DNA from: Promethearchaeota archaeon
GTDB taxonomy: Archaea > Asgardarchaeota > Lokiarchaeia > Sigyniarchaeales > SOKP01
Reading direction: 5' to 3'
DNA length: 64,000 bases
NCBI GenBank assembly: GCA_048940645.1
Contig: JBHLOI010000005.1
Span: 52,578 to 116,577 of the forward strand
Shown: positions 39,986 through 50,000 of the stretch, in pieces
Layout of the letters: each line of letters opens with the position of its first letter
Numbering within the stretch: position 1 is the stretch's first letter
The notes under the pieces: model-generated
Databases searched by the model: none
Told to the model about the DNA's origin: nothing
Seen by the model: the letters and a program-made list of their open reading frames with translations, nothing else
Program-made: the position numbers and the translations under genes

Positions 39986-40849
39986 TTAAACTCCCAATTC
40001 AAATGATATATCAACTGATTTCGTAATACCTAATTTTCTTGCAAACTTTCGAATATATTTAATCCTATGCTGTTTAATTATATCTGAGATTATTAAAGTT
40101 GGTATATATGGGATTATCATGAAAAAGGGAAATGGGATGAAGATTGCCATTAAAATAGGAAACAAATCTCCTATACCTGCAGTTTCTACAAGAAAAATTG
40201 TAATAAATTCAAAGTATGAGAATATTACAGATACACCAGCATATCCTTTTAAAAATTGTCCATACCATCTACCAACAGAACGTATTTCAGGAGGATTACT
40301 AGTTTTATTAAGATAATTTTTATTTGAATATAGGATACCAGAATCTTTTATAAACCACGTAGTTGAGAAGAGAATTGTTGCAATTATAAAAGTAAATACC
40401 AATAGTACTACAAAAGTTTTAGCATAATCATCTTGACTGTCAGGAGTGCCTCCTATTGAAAGACTAACGATACTAGGATTAAGTAAGAATAATGAAAAGT
40501 TAATTGCCATTAATGCTGAAAATAAACCTGAAGAAAAGAATTTAAATTTTTTAAATTCTGTTCTGTTGTAAATACCATATTCTGCTCTAGATTTAAAAAT
40601 CCTTTTATGAATATAGAGAAAAAGAGGTGAAAAGCCATAACCACCAATAAATAATCCTATTATCGAAGATAATGGCAATAACACTATAGCTATTAACGCT
40701 GTTTCAACTCCCATATCAGAAATTGGCAAAAATTTTGTTAAATCGTCTCCTTTTCCTGTTAATAAAGATAATGCGATAGAAATTCCAATCCAAAATAAGA
40801 CATATATAGTAAAATAAATTAAAGCTCTTTTATATTTAGTGATCCTCAT
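39986..40849 (-). CDS. Multi-pass membrane protein of unknown function
   Basis: About 6 TMs; WFIKDSGI and LKGYAG polar motifs. Confidence 0.7.
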   Translation of the reverse strand: MRITKYKRALIYFTIYVLFWIGISIALSLLTGKGDDLTKFLPISDMGVETALIAIVLLPLSSIIGLFIGGYGFSPLFLYIHKRIFKSRAEYGIYNRTEFKKFKFFSSGLFSALMAINFSLFLLNPSIVSLSIGGTPDSQDDYAKTFVVLLVFTFIIATILFSTTWFIKDSGILYSNKNYLNKTSNPPEIRSVGRWYGQFLKGYAGVSVIFSYFEFITIFLVETAGIGDLFPILMAIFIPFPFFMIIPYIPTLIISDIIKQHRIKYIRKFARKLGITKSVDISFELGV

Positions 40850-40946
40850 TTTAATTTCCTTATGAGATATTTTTATGCATTATATGTATAATGATAGTTA
40901 GACGTTTTAAATTAGTGTAAAAAGAAATTAGGTAAGTGGTAAAAAT

Positions 40947-41471
40947 TTATATCGTTTCTAATATTATTTGAGTGATTTTATCAAATATATAATCGACATT
41001 TTCCCCTGTTTTCGAAGAACATTCTATATATTCTGAGAATTTATTTTGTTCTGCGAAAATTCTGCCCTCATTTTCAAAAACTGATCTATTCTCCTGAAGG
41101 TCTAATTTGCTTGCTACTAAAATAGTGGATACTTTTTGATTATGTGTTTTATTTGCTTCATTAAAAACAGATAACCATTCTGTTAAATTCTTAAATGTAT
41201 TATATCGAGTAATATCATACATAAAGATTGTTCCCTGTGCGGCAAGAATAGCACTAGGCAATAAAAATCTAAACTTCTCTTCTCCAGCAAAATCCCAAAT
41301 GTGGAGTTTTATCAGTTTTCTACTCATTTCTAGCTTTTTTAAATAGAAATCCATGCCAAGAGTCGTTATATAAGTTTCTTTAAAAACACCAGAGAGATAA
41401 CGATGCGTTAATGTTGTTTTTCCAACACCACCATCGCCAATTATTACGATTTTAAACTTATATTCATCCAT
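40947..41471 (-). CDS. Rab-like small GTPase
   Basis: G1 GDGGVGKT, G2 TTLG, G3 WDFAGEE, G4 SKLD, G5 SSK; no C-terminal prenylation Cys. Confidence 0.93.
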   Translation of the reverse strand: MDEYKFKIVIIGDGGVGKTTLTHRYLSGVFKETYITTLGMDFYLKKLEMSRKLIKLHIWDFAGEEKFRFLLPSAILAAQGTIFMYDITRYNTFKNLTEWLSVFNEANKTHNQKVSTILVASKLDLQENRSVFENEGRIFAEQNKFSEYIECSSKTGENVDYIFDKITQIILETI

Positions 41472-41499
41472 TTCCTTTTAATCATCCATTTTAATGTTT

Positions 41500-42519
41500 T
41501 TAAAATTTAGTGAGTTCTGAAATAATTTGATGTAATTCGTGAGATTCGATAAATTTCTCTAATTCTTGAATGTTATTCGGAACTCCTGTTCGAACACCTA
41601 CTTCCATAGCCTCTAATGAAGACATTGCGGTTGCTAATTTAACCATTTTATCTAAAGAAATCCCAGATAATATAGAAACTAGCACTCCGCTTAAAAAAGC
41701 ATCTCCTGCCCCTGTTGTGTCTTTAACATCAACATTATAAACTCCACTTTTAATAACTTTCTTACCATCAGTCAATAAAGAACCTTTAGCTCCATCAGTA
41801 ATTGATACTAACTTTGGACCCATTTCAAAAATTTTTCTAAGACTATAATAGCTATCAGATTCATTTGTAAATTCTTGTGCTTCTTCAGCGTTCATTGATA
41901 CGAATTCTGAGTTTGATATCAATTTTTTTGCCCAGATTGGATTGTTTTTAATGATAGACATACTAGGTGCAGCAAAAACTCTTCCCCCATTCTCTTTTGT
42001 TAGTGAAATTGCTTTATCAATTGCTTGACATCCATTTTCAGAAGTTAAGGAACTCCAAGCAAAAGCTTTAATCCCTTCAAATAGTTCGTCTCTTATATCA
42101 GCTGGATTAAGTAGATTATTTGCTCCCTTAAATGCTAAAATACTTCTATCCTTTCCCCAATCAGTCTTCAATATTAACGAAAAGGCAGTATTATCTGCAT
42201 CTGTTCGCTTAATATTTGATGTATCAACCCCTCTCTTTTTTAAATCTTCTAAGCAAATCTGAGCAGAGAAATCATTTCCTAAAACGCCTATATAAGTTGA
42301 CTTTAATCCTAACATTGCACAATCTGCAGCAATATTAGCACCTGAACCTCCCGGAACAAATCGCATATTTTCTACATTCAATTTACGGCTATACTCAATT
42401 GCTGTATATTTTTTAACTATTTCCTTTTCGAATAATTCAAATCTGAGAATGTCTTTAACAGAGATTATACAATCAAGTGTGCAACTACCAATTGAAATTA
42501 AATCATAATTATTGGTCAT
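41500..42519 (-). CDS. PfkB/ribokinase-family carbohydrate kinase
   Basis: PGGSGAN, NAEE, DTTGAGDAF. Confidence 0.92.
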   Translation of the reverse strand: MTNNYDLISIGSCTLDCIISVKDILRFELFEKEIVKKYTAIEYSRKLNVENMRFVPGGSGANIAADCAMLGLKSTYIGVLGNDFSAQICLEDLKKRGVDTSNIKRTDADNTAFSLILKTDWGKDRSILAFKGANNLLNPADIRDELFEGIKAFAWSSLTSENGCQAIDKAISLTKENGGRVFAAPSMSIIKNNPIWAKKLISNSEFVSMNAEEAQEFTNESDSYYSLRKIFEMGPKLVSITDGAKGSLLTDGKKVIKSGVYNVDVKDTTGAGDAFLSGVLVSILSGISLDKMVKLATAMSSLEAMEVGVRTGVPNNIQELEKFIESHELHQIISELTKF

Positions 42520-42618
42520 AAATAACACGAAATATTAATAATTGAATTAAAGAATAAGTTAAAAATAGTATTTGATCTTAAATAATTTTACTTCAAAATG
42601 TATAAGAAAAAGTTTGTA

Positions 42619-43248
42619 TTAATCTTTTGATTTCAATTTTCGTAATTCATCTTCTAATTCTTTGACTTTTCCATCAGGTTCCGCCACAGATGGAAGTGCT
42701 CCACCAATTTCTGCTCCTATTTCTGCATCAATCTCGCCTAGTACTTCCTTAACATCGGTATCAGTGACTGCTGTATCGACCATAACCTCATTTATACCAT
42801 CAGTGGTGATTTCTTCAGTTACACTAAAGTCCTCTATATCTACTCCTATTTGTGTCATTAGTTCTGTGATTTGTGGAATAGATAATTGATTTTTTAATGC
42901 TCCCAAACTTTGTGCAATTCCATGCATAATATCAGCGACATCTTTTACTGCTGTTGCCTGTTCTAACTTAAATACCATGCCTTCAAGGTTTGTTCTAAAG
43001 TGGTCAATTGCACGCGCCTGTTTTTTTACTTGGAGATAATTTCTTGCATGAAATGCTGATCCATCCATATCACCTGCCTTTCGGAGATTTACAGCTTTAT
43101 CTCTTGCTAATTTAGCAGTCATTTCCATTTTTTTAGTCTGTCTCATTAATCGTTTATTGAAAACTTTCAATCTAATTGTTGCAGAACGAACTGTATCCTT
43201 TCTACGACCTCCAGACAACCAGTTCGATATATCTTTAAGAAAACCCAT
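42619..43248 (-). CDS. vps2: ESCRT-III subunit, Vps2/24/46-like
   Basis: N-terminal amphipathic helix MGFLKDISNWL, Snf7-type basic helical hairpin, acidic tail and MIM1-like ELEDELRKLK. Confidence 0.88.
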   Translation of the reverse strand: MGFLKDISNWLSGGRRKDTVRSATIRLKVFNKRLMRQTKKMEMTAKLARDKAVNLRKAGDMDGSAFHARNYLQVKKQARAIDHFRTNLEGMVFKLEQATAVKDVADIMHGIAQSLGALKNQLSIPQITELMTQIGVDIEDFSVTEEITTDGINEVMVDTAVTDTDVKEVLGEIDAEIGAEIGGALPSVAEPDGKVKELEDELRKLKSKD

Positions 43249-43519
43249 TTTGATTCAATCTCATTTTGACATTTCGTTATTTTATAATATATAAAAAAAT
43301 TCAAGATTATATAATTTTTTGTAGACCAATTATTGCGTCAAATGATTGAGAAGAAACTACAAATATAATAAGAACTATATAGAATCCATATTACTAAAAA
43401 GAAAATTTGAAATACCTTTTATTTAATATTTAATATAAGAAAAGATTGGTATTAGATCAATTTAAATAGCAATTGAAATATTATACATTAAAATAAGCTA
43501 AAAATAAGAGGTTATTATT

Positions 43520-44731
43520 ATCTCATCAGTAGACTCAAAATTATATAATTATGCCGTTCAAGAAGCACAAGATGCCGTAAAATATGATGAAGCAGGTAGA
43601 TATAGACAAGCTATTAACAAGTATCAACGAGCGGCTGAAATTCTTATTCAATTTGTCAAATATAATAAAAATCCTATGATGATAAGGAAATGCCAGGATC
43701 AAATTGAACAGTATGTTAATCGCGCCCTAGTTCTAAAAGCTCACTTAAGTGGTCCACGAGCACGAAGATCAGCTCCAGCAGTAAGTCCAAGTGAGCCAAA
43801 AGGAGAAGGAGGGGAGGAAAGTGCTGTTTCTTCCGAAGAACAAGAATTGATGGATTCCATTTCAGGTACAATTTTAACAGAATCACCAAATGTTAAATGG
43901 AAAGATATTGCTGGCTTGAAAGACTGTAAACAAGCTGTAAGAGAAGCTATAGTGCTACCAATTATGAAACCGCAATTATTTACTGGAGCTAGAAAACCTT
44001 GGTCGGGAATATTGCTATTTGGACCTCCAGGATGTGGAAAAACTTTACTAGCTAAGGCAGCAGCGACCGAGTGCAGAGCCACTTTTTTCAGTGTTTCATC
44101 AGCGGATTTATTAAGTAAGTGGTTAGGTGAGAGCGAGAAATTAATATCATCTCTGTTCAAATTAGCTCGAATAAAAGCACCAAGTTTAATTTTTATGGAT
44201 GAAATAGATTCTGTAGCCACAACAAGAGGAAGTGGACATGAAGGAGGGGGAGAGAGAAGGGTAAAAACTCAATTATTGCAAGAAATCCAAGGAGTAAAAT
44301 CAACTCACGACAAACCTTTACTTGTGCTCGGAGCTACAAATAGACCTTGGGATATAGATATTGCAATGTTAAGTAGGTTCGAAAAAAAGGTATATGTTCC
44401 CCTTCCAGATCAAGCAGCTAGGGCAGGAATTTTTAAGATTCATACCGCGGGTGTCAATTCTGCATTAAATGAGGAAGATTTTATTGAATTAGCTGTCCGT
44501 TCTGAAGGTTATTCAGGTCGAGACATTTCTAATGTGTGTCGAGAAGTAATAATGATTCCTGTTCGAGAATTAGATATGGGGGGATTGTTGGAAGATCCAG
44601 ATAAAGAAGTCGTTGTAAGAGATATAAATTTAAAAGATTTTCTAAAAACAATCAAAAAAGTAAAACCAATGACCACTGGGTCTGAATTAAAAAGATATCA
44701 AGATTGGGCTGCGGAATTCGGAGAATTTTAA
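43520..44731 (+). CDS. vps4: Vps4 AAA+ ATPase with N-terminal MIT domain; probable ATC start (track starts at 43676)
   Basis: The upstream frame encodes MIT helices (YAVQEAQDAVKYDEAGRYRQAINKYQRAAEIL). GPPGCGKT, SKWLGESEK, FMDEID, ATNRPW, EFG C-terminus. SD GAGGT at 43508-43512. Confidence 0.93.
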   Translation: MSSVDSKLYNYAVQEAQDAVKYDEAGRYRQAINKYQRAAEILIQFVKYNKNPMMIRKCQDQIEQYVNRALVLKAHLSGPRARRSAPAVSPSEPKGEGGEESAVSSEEQELMDSISGTILTESPNVKWKDIAGLKDCKQAVREAIVLPIMKPQLFTGARKPWSGILLFGPPGCGKTLLAKAAATECRATFFSVSSADLLSKWLGESEKLISSLFKLARIKAPSLIFMDEIDSVATTRGSGHEGGGERRVKTQLLQEIQGVKSTHDKPLLVLGATNRPWDIDIAMLSRFEKKVYVPLPDQAARAGIFKIHTAGVNSALNEEDFIELAVRSEGYSGRDISNVCREVIMIPVRELDMGGLLEDPDKEVVVRDINLKDFLKTIKKVKPMTTGSELKRYQDWAAEFGEF

Positions 44732-44753
44732 TTAAAAAATTGGTTGAATAAAA

Positions 44754-45641
44754 ATGGAACGCCAAAGAGAAAAATCAAAGGAAATCCCAAAAGAACCTAA
44801 AGAGAAAGAAGGAAAAGAATTAGACGATTTAAGGAAAGAATTAGCAAGATTAAAAGAACTTAAGAGACAAAAAGAGATTCAATTTGAGGAAAATGAAATA
44901 ATTGAGGAAGAGGGAGCACAGAATGAAAAAGCTATTACTGAAGATATTGAAACGCGCTTGGATAGAATTGAGGATTTTTTAACAAGTAAGCTTGGAGATA
45001 TAGATTCAAAAACATACAAACAACATTCTGAGCAAATAGAAAAAGAGCTTGAAGCAATTGAACAAGAGATAGTTGGTGAAAAGGGTGTTGTTGCTAAAGA
45101 AGTATCGACTTATGAATTATTACTAAACGATCATCCATGGCTTGAAGAAAAAAGATATGTATTCATGTTTTCGATTCCCAATAAAAAGACTAATCATACA
45201 GATTTTGAATCATGGAAAAGTGAATGGACAAAAGTTCTTTTTGATTATGCAAGATATGCTATACTTCATATTTTATATTTAAGAAAATTACAATCAGAAA
45301 AACCTTTTTCTAAGTTTGAAGATCGACATACTGCTTTAAAAATTATTGCTGAGGAGCTAGTTGAGAAAAATCAAGCAGATTGGTTATCCAAAAGTAAAGA
45401 AAAATTGAGAATATACTGGAAAACGCTTGATAACTGGGCAGAGGAAATTTATGAATGGGCAATGGAGATTTCACCCCTAGAACCAATTTTAATATTTGAA
45501 ATAAGAGAGTCTAACAAGGATTTTAGTAATCTTCCAAAAGAAGATTTAATTGAAATTTTCAAGATGCTTGAAAAAAATGAACGTGGAAGAATAATAAAAT
45601 CTGAAGATGGGCAAATTTCTTTTAAAATTAAAGTAGAATAA
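44754..45641 (+). CDS. vps25: ESCRT-II Vps25-like protein with N-terminal coiled-coil extension
   Basis: SWKSEWTKVLFDY and IYWKTLDNWAEEIYEW winged-helix motifs; follows vps4. Confidence 0.85.
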   Translation: MERQREKSKEIPKEPKEKEGKELDDLRKELARLKELKRQKEIQFEENEIIEEEGAQNEKAITEDIETRLDRIEDFLTSKLGDIDSKTYKQHSEQIEKELEAIEQEIVGEKGVVAKEVSTYELLLNDHPWLEEKRYVFMFSIPNKKTNHTDFESWKSEWTKVLFDYARYAILHILYLRKLQSEKPFSKFEDRHTALKIIAEELVEKNQADWLSKSKEKLRIYWKTLDNWAEEIYEWAMEISPLEPILIFEIRESNKDFSNLPKEDLIEIFKMLEKNERGRIIKSEDGQISFKIKVE

Positions 45642-45644
45642 ATT

Positions 45645-46361
45645 TTATATCGATGGAAAATACCATTGTTTACCTTTTAATAGGGATTCCCTAAATTTTG
45701 CTATTCCACTTTCCTCAAGTGATTTTAAGGCCTTTAAAGCTCTATCTTGAGGCCAGTTAAGATTAACACATACCTCTTCAAGAGATACAAAGCCATTTTT
45801 TTTAGCCACTTTAATAACTTTAGTTTGATCACTAGTATATTGAACTGGAAAGAATCTAATCATCATAGTACCAGAATCTAATTCCTGTAAATCATCAATT
45901 ACATTATTCTTCTTTAATATTCTTAAAGCTTTTTTGAGATCTTTTATCTCAACATTACTCTTTAATATTCCAGTATTTATAATATCAAAAACTTCTGAGA
46001 TTGGTATTATTCCCGCTCCAATTTCTTCTTTTTGCATAAGGACACGTTGATATGCCAACATACCTAACTTTTCATGGTCAATTTTAGAGAATCTCTTGAG
46101 TACATCATGCTCTGTGATTTGTTCTGTTATTATTTTTGAAGTAGGAATCTTGTATTGCTTCTGCAAATATTTTACTTCCTCCTTTAATTCTGGAGTCAGA
46201 GCTAATATTACTCCATGTTTTTTAGCTAGTTCTCTTAATCTTTCTTTTGTGAATTTCTCTGCAGCTGCTTTAGCCTGGATATCTTTCAACCTTAATTCTG
46301 CTGCCTTTTTCTTCATAGCCTCCTTTAGATCAATTTCATCTTCTATTTTTCGAATACCCAT
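45645..46361 (-). CDS. vps22: ESCRT-II Vps22/36-like (EAP30) protein
   Basis: MGIRKI N-terminus, tandem winged helices, GFVSL...LNWPQDRA...WYFPSI. Confidence 0.85.
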   Translation of the reverse strand: MGIRKIEDEIDLKEAMKKKAAELRLKDIQAKAAAEKFTKERLRELAKKHGVILALTPELKEEVKYLQKQYKIPTSKIITEQITEHDVLKRFSKIDHEKLGMLAYQRVLMQKEEIGAGIIPISEVFDIINTGILKSNVEIKDLKKALRILKKNNVIDDLQELDSGTMMIRFFPVQYTSDQTKVIKVAKKNGFVSLEEVCVNLNWPQDRALKALKSLEESGIAKFRESLLKGKQWYFPSI

Positions 46362-46439
46362 CTTTCTTAACACTATTTTTTAATATCTTATTTGATTAAT
46401 ATTAATAAATCTACTTATTTCTTTTCATTTAAATCAATA

Positions 46440-47021
46440 ATGAATGATTCAAAAAATTTTAGACCTATTAACAATTATGAAAAAAATATTATTACAAACT
46501 CTCTTTCTCAAATCTCACTTAGATTTATATCATTATTGGACGAAGAGCTTTATAATTTGTATATACAGTTAAAATCTCCAATTATTAAGGGTAGTCAACT
46601 TTCGATTTATTTAATTCAACCTAAGCAAAATAATTTAAAACAATTTATTCAATTGACTTCTCACATTTCTTCAATTGGACTTTATTTTGGCTTTATAAAG
46701 AAAGGATTTTTCTTTTTAAGTTTGGAAGGGGCTGAGTTTTTATATAGAAATAAGTACATTCTTGAAAAAAACCAAATAATTGTTAACATACAAGGTGAAA
46801 AATCAATCCTTTATGGAAATAATATCTTAAAAAAGATGTTATCAAATTTTTCGATTGAATTAAAAATGAATGATCTAGTAATAGTTTTAAATCATTTAAA
46901 AGAAATAATAGCAATTGGTATTATAAAAGTAGGTGGAAATGATTTCTATAATCTTGAATCCAATGATATAATCGCTTTAAATTTAATTGATAAGGGATAT
47001 TATTTACGAAAAAATCAATAA
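46440..47021 (+). CDS. NIP7-like ribosome biogenesis protein (PUA domain)
   Basis: FRPIN, SIGLYFG, LSLEG, EKSILYGNNI, DKGYYLR. Confidence 0.8.
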   Translation: MNDSKNFRPINNYEKNIITNSLSQISLRFISLLDEELYNLYIQLKSPIIKGSQLSIYLIQPKQNNLKQFIQLTSHISSIGLYFGFIKKGFFFLSLEGAEFLYRNKYILEKNQIIVNIQGEKSILYGNNILKKMLSNFSIELKMNDLVIVLNHLKEIIAIGIIKVGGNDFYNLESNDIIALNLIDKGYYLRKNQ

Positions 47022-47036
47022 GAAAAAAATGGAAAG

Positions 47037-50000
47037 TTACTTCTTTTTGGTCTTTTTATGGTAAATTATGATAACTGCTATAATAACCCCAATCATGATT
47101 GGTACTATTGATATAAGCGGATATGGAATTCCTGTAGGAATTTCTGTCTCAGGAAGTTCAGCAGGTTTTTGAATTACAGTATATTGAAAGGGAGTTACTG
47201 AGTAATTATATCGAATTGCATAATTACCTTGATTATCCCATGCTTGAATGTACCATAATACCGTTGTATTAAGGGTTTGATTTAACATCGTTCCTTGCCA
47301 TGTTCCAACTTGCCCAGATAGTTCTGAAAGATAGATAACGTCCCAAAATGATCCATTATCAATAGAATACCAAATAACAACGTCTTGTATTCCATTTTCT
47401 TCAAATATATCAACAGTTATAATAGGAAAATCCTCGTTTGTAGTATACCCATCATCATTTGAATCTTTATCAACTACAGGATAATCTATATCGGGAGGTC
47501 GATAATCATGGGTATTATGTTCATATGGAAAAGATGTTTCACAGTAACCTGAGGAGTTAAATATATAAGTACCAAATCGTTCATCGATACCCAGTTCTTG
47601 CGCAATAAAATCACCAGATTCGTCATCATAAATTTCATACTTTGCTTCATGGGCATTCCCTACTTCTGCGTAATTTTTAATACTCAACTCAAAAGTAGCA
47701 TTTGATGCTATATAAGGTAATCTCACTGTGACATTTGAACCAAAGGATAAGTCAAATGAGATTTTTCTGGTTATAGTTGCACCAACCTGATGGGTAGAAG
47801 TGTAGGGCGTACCTCCACTTTCCATAAACGTGCCAAGCCAACTTACGGGTATCAAGTTATTATAGATTGCATTTTGAGACTTCCATTCTGTTGAGGCATC
47901 AGTATCACCTGCAAATGTTTCAAAACTTCTAATAATTCCATAATATAGGAGAGGGTTCTCCCATTGAACAGTCCCATTTGAATAAGATTTTCTAGTAGCA
48001 TTAAATACCCATTGTAAAACCCAAGTTTCACCCCAATATCTATCTCCATATCCAGGACCAATATAATCTGGATCATCATTTACTTGACTTGATGTTAAAT
48101 TTGTAGTGTCTATTATTTCATATCGAAAATCGAAACCAGTTTCAGTGGTCATCTTATTTTCTAATAATAAAGAACCTCCCGTATCAGTACCACAATATCC
48201 ATAAAAGTATTCAAGTCCAAAATTTTCTCCTACTATAGTTATCGCCTCAAGACCAACCCCTATTGAAAGCACTGAGGTTTCAGAAAAGCTAGAATAGCTA
48301 TTATCACCATTAGGATCATGCAGAATCATATAGAGTTGTTGTCCTAAAAGTACGGTACTTTGATTTACTGTTTTTATTGCCTCGCCTGTCAATCTGACAA
48401 ATGTTAAGTGGAGTATATCTGTGTCAAAAACAATACTCTGATTTTTGCCGGTCAGAGTAGCGATTACACTACCATCTTCATAATCGCTGAGCACATCAAT
48501 ATTTATTGAAGTCTTATTCCATACATTATAAGTTCTTTGAAATGTTCCATAATCAAGTTCCAGTTCTGCGTCATCCATTTCAACCCAATCATATTCAAAA
48601 GAAAATGTGGTAGGATCGCCTAAAGGAAGGATTATACGTGTATTGTTTACAGGAGTTATCCATTCTATAAAAGGTTGTTCATAAGCTCTCCCTGAATCCT
48701 CTGAAGAATTTTCACTTGTTCCTGCAATGGTTGTAGCACTAACAACATAGTAATACCTAGTACCAATTATAGCTCCAGTATCGTTATATTGATTAGTTAT
48801 TGTTGTGGTTAAAAGAGTTTTCGGGCCTCCAAATTCCTCTCCCCGATATACATTATAATTAATAAGTGGTGGTCCATTTGTAACTACTGAATCCCAGGTT
48901 AATAAAATATGTGCAGCACCATTTTTTGCTCGAAAATTATTGGGTGGGTCTGGAGGATAGAGTGTTAATTTAATCATATTTGGCTGTATTTGATAATCAC
49001 TCCAAGAGCGCGTATCAAAATAATTAAATTTTTCAAATCTTAGTTTAATACTTTTTGTTCCATTAAAATAATTAGTTCCATTTACGAGGATTTCTTTTTT
49101 TATCAATTCTGTACTATCTATTGTCCCTAGTGAATCCCAGTCTAAATTAATGAAATTATATAGCTTAATTTCTAAACCGATTACAGTTTCATCCATTTGT
49201 GTATTTAAATCAAATTTTGAAACTTCATCGAGGGTATAATTTCCGTAGTTTAAAATATAATCAACTTGAATTTCATACTTATGATAGCTATAGTAGATGT
49301 GCGCAAAATCGAAATTTAACCATGCCCTACTCCCCATTTCTTCACTACAATTCATTGATAGTTGTAGATATTTAATATAACCTCCCTCTTTTACTCTATC
49401 AAATACAGGCCCTTGAGTAATATTCCACCATTGATAATAAATTCGTTTGGCGGTTGGGTATTGATCAATTACTTTAGATTGGTTTGATCCATCATCAGCA
49501 AAAGCCCAGATCCGTAAGTCTGTAGATTGATCTAAACCATCAGTCGAATCCGAATCGGGCCATACTTCATAAAGAAGAGAAATTCTATGTACATGTCTAG
49601 CTATAATATTATTAAAATCACTATATTCACCCCATTTCAATTTAATTATTCCGGGAAAATCACTTCCTCCATTTGCTCTAAGATAGATATATTTATAATC
49701 TTTCTTTTTATAAGTATCCGTGAAATTCCAATCACCACCATCAGTACTTCCAAAAGTCCCTGTATGTATAGGGATTGAAAGAGGAGAAACCTCATTTTCT
49801 AAAAAATTATAAGAATTGCTTATTGCAAAGTCTGTTGAATCAAAAGTTCCGTCCAATTCTCTTATATTATCCTCATTCCATAAAATTCCATCAGTTTGAT
49901 TCCCTTTTATAATATTTTTATCTGCATAAAGGAAATCAATTCCAGAAGTAGATGATTTAGGTATCTTGGTCTTAATATCAATTTTTTCTGAGTTATCATC

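Noticed and set aside
43676-43678. ATG start for vps4 given by the ORF track
   Set aside because: It would cut the MIT domain; the upstream frame is open, MIT-like and has an SD.
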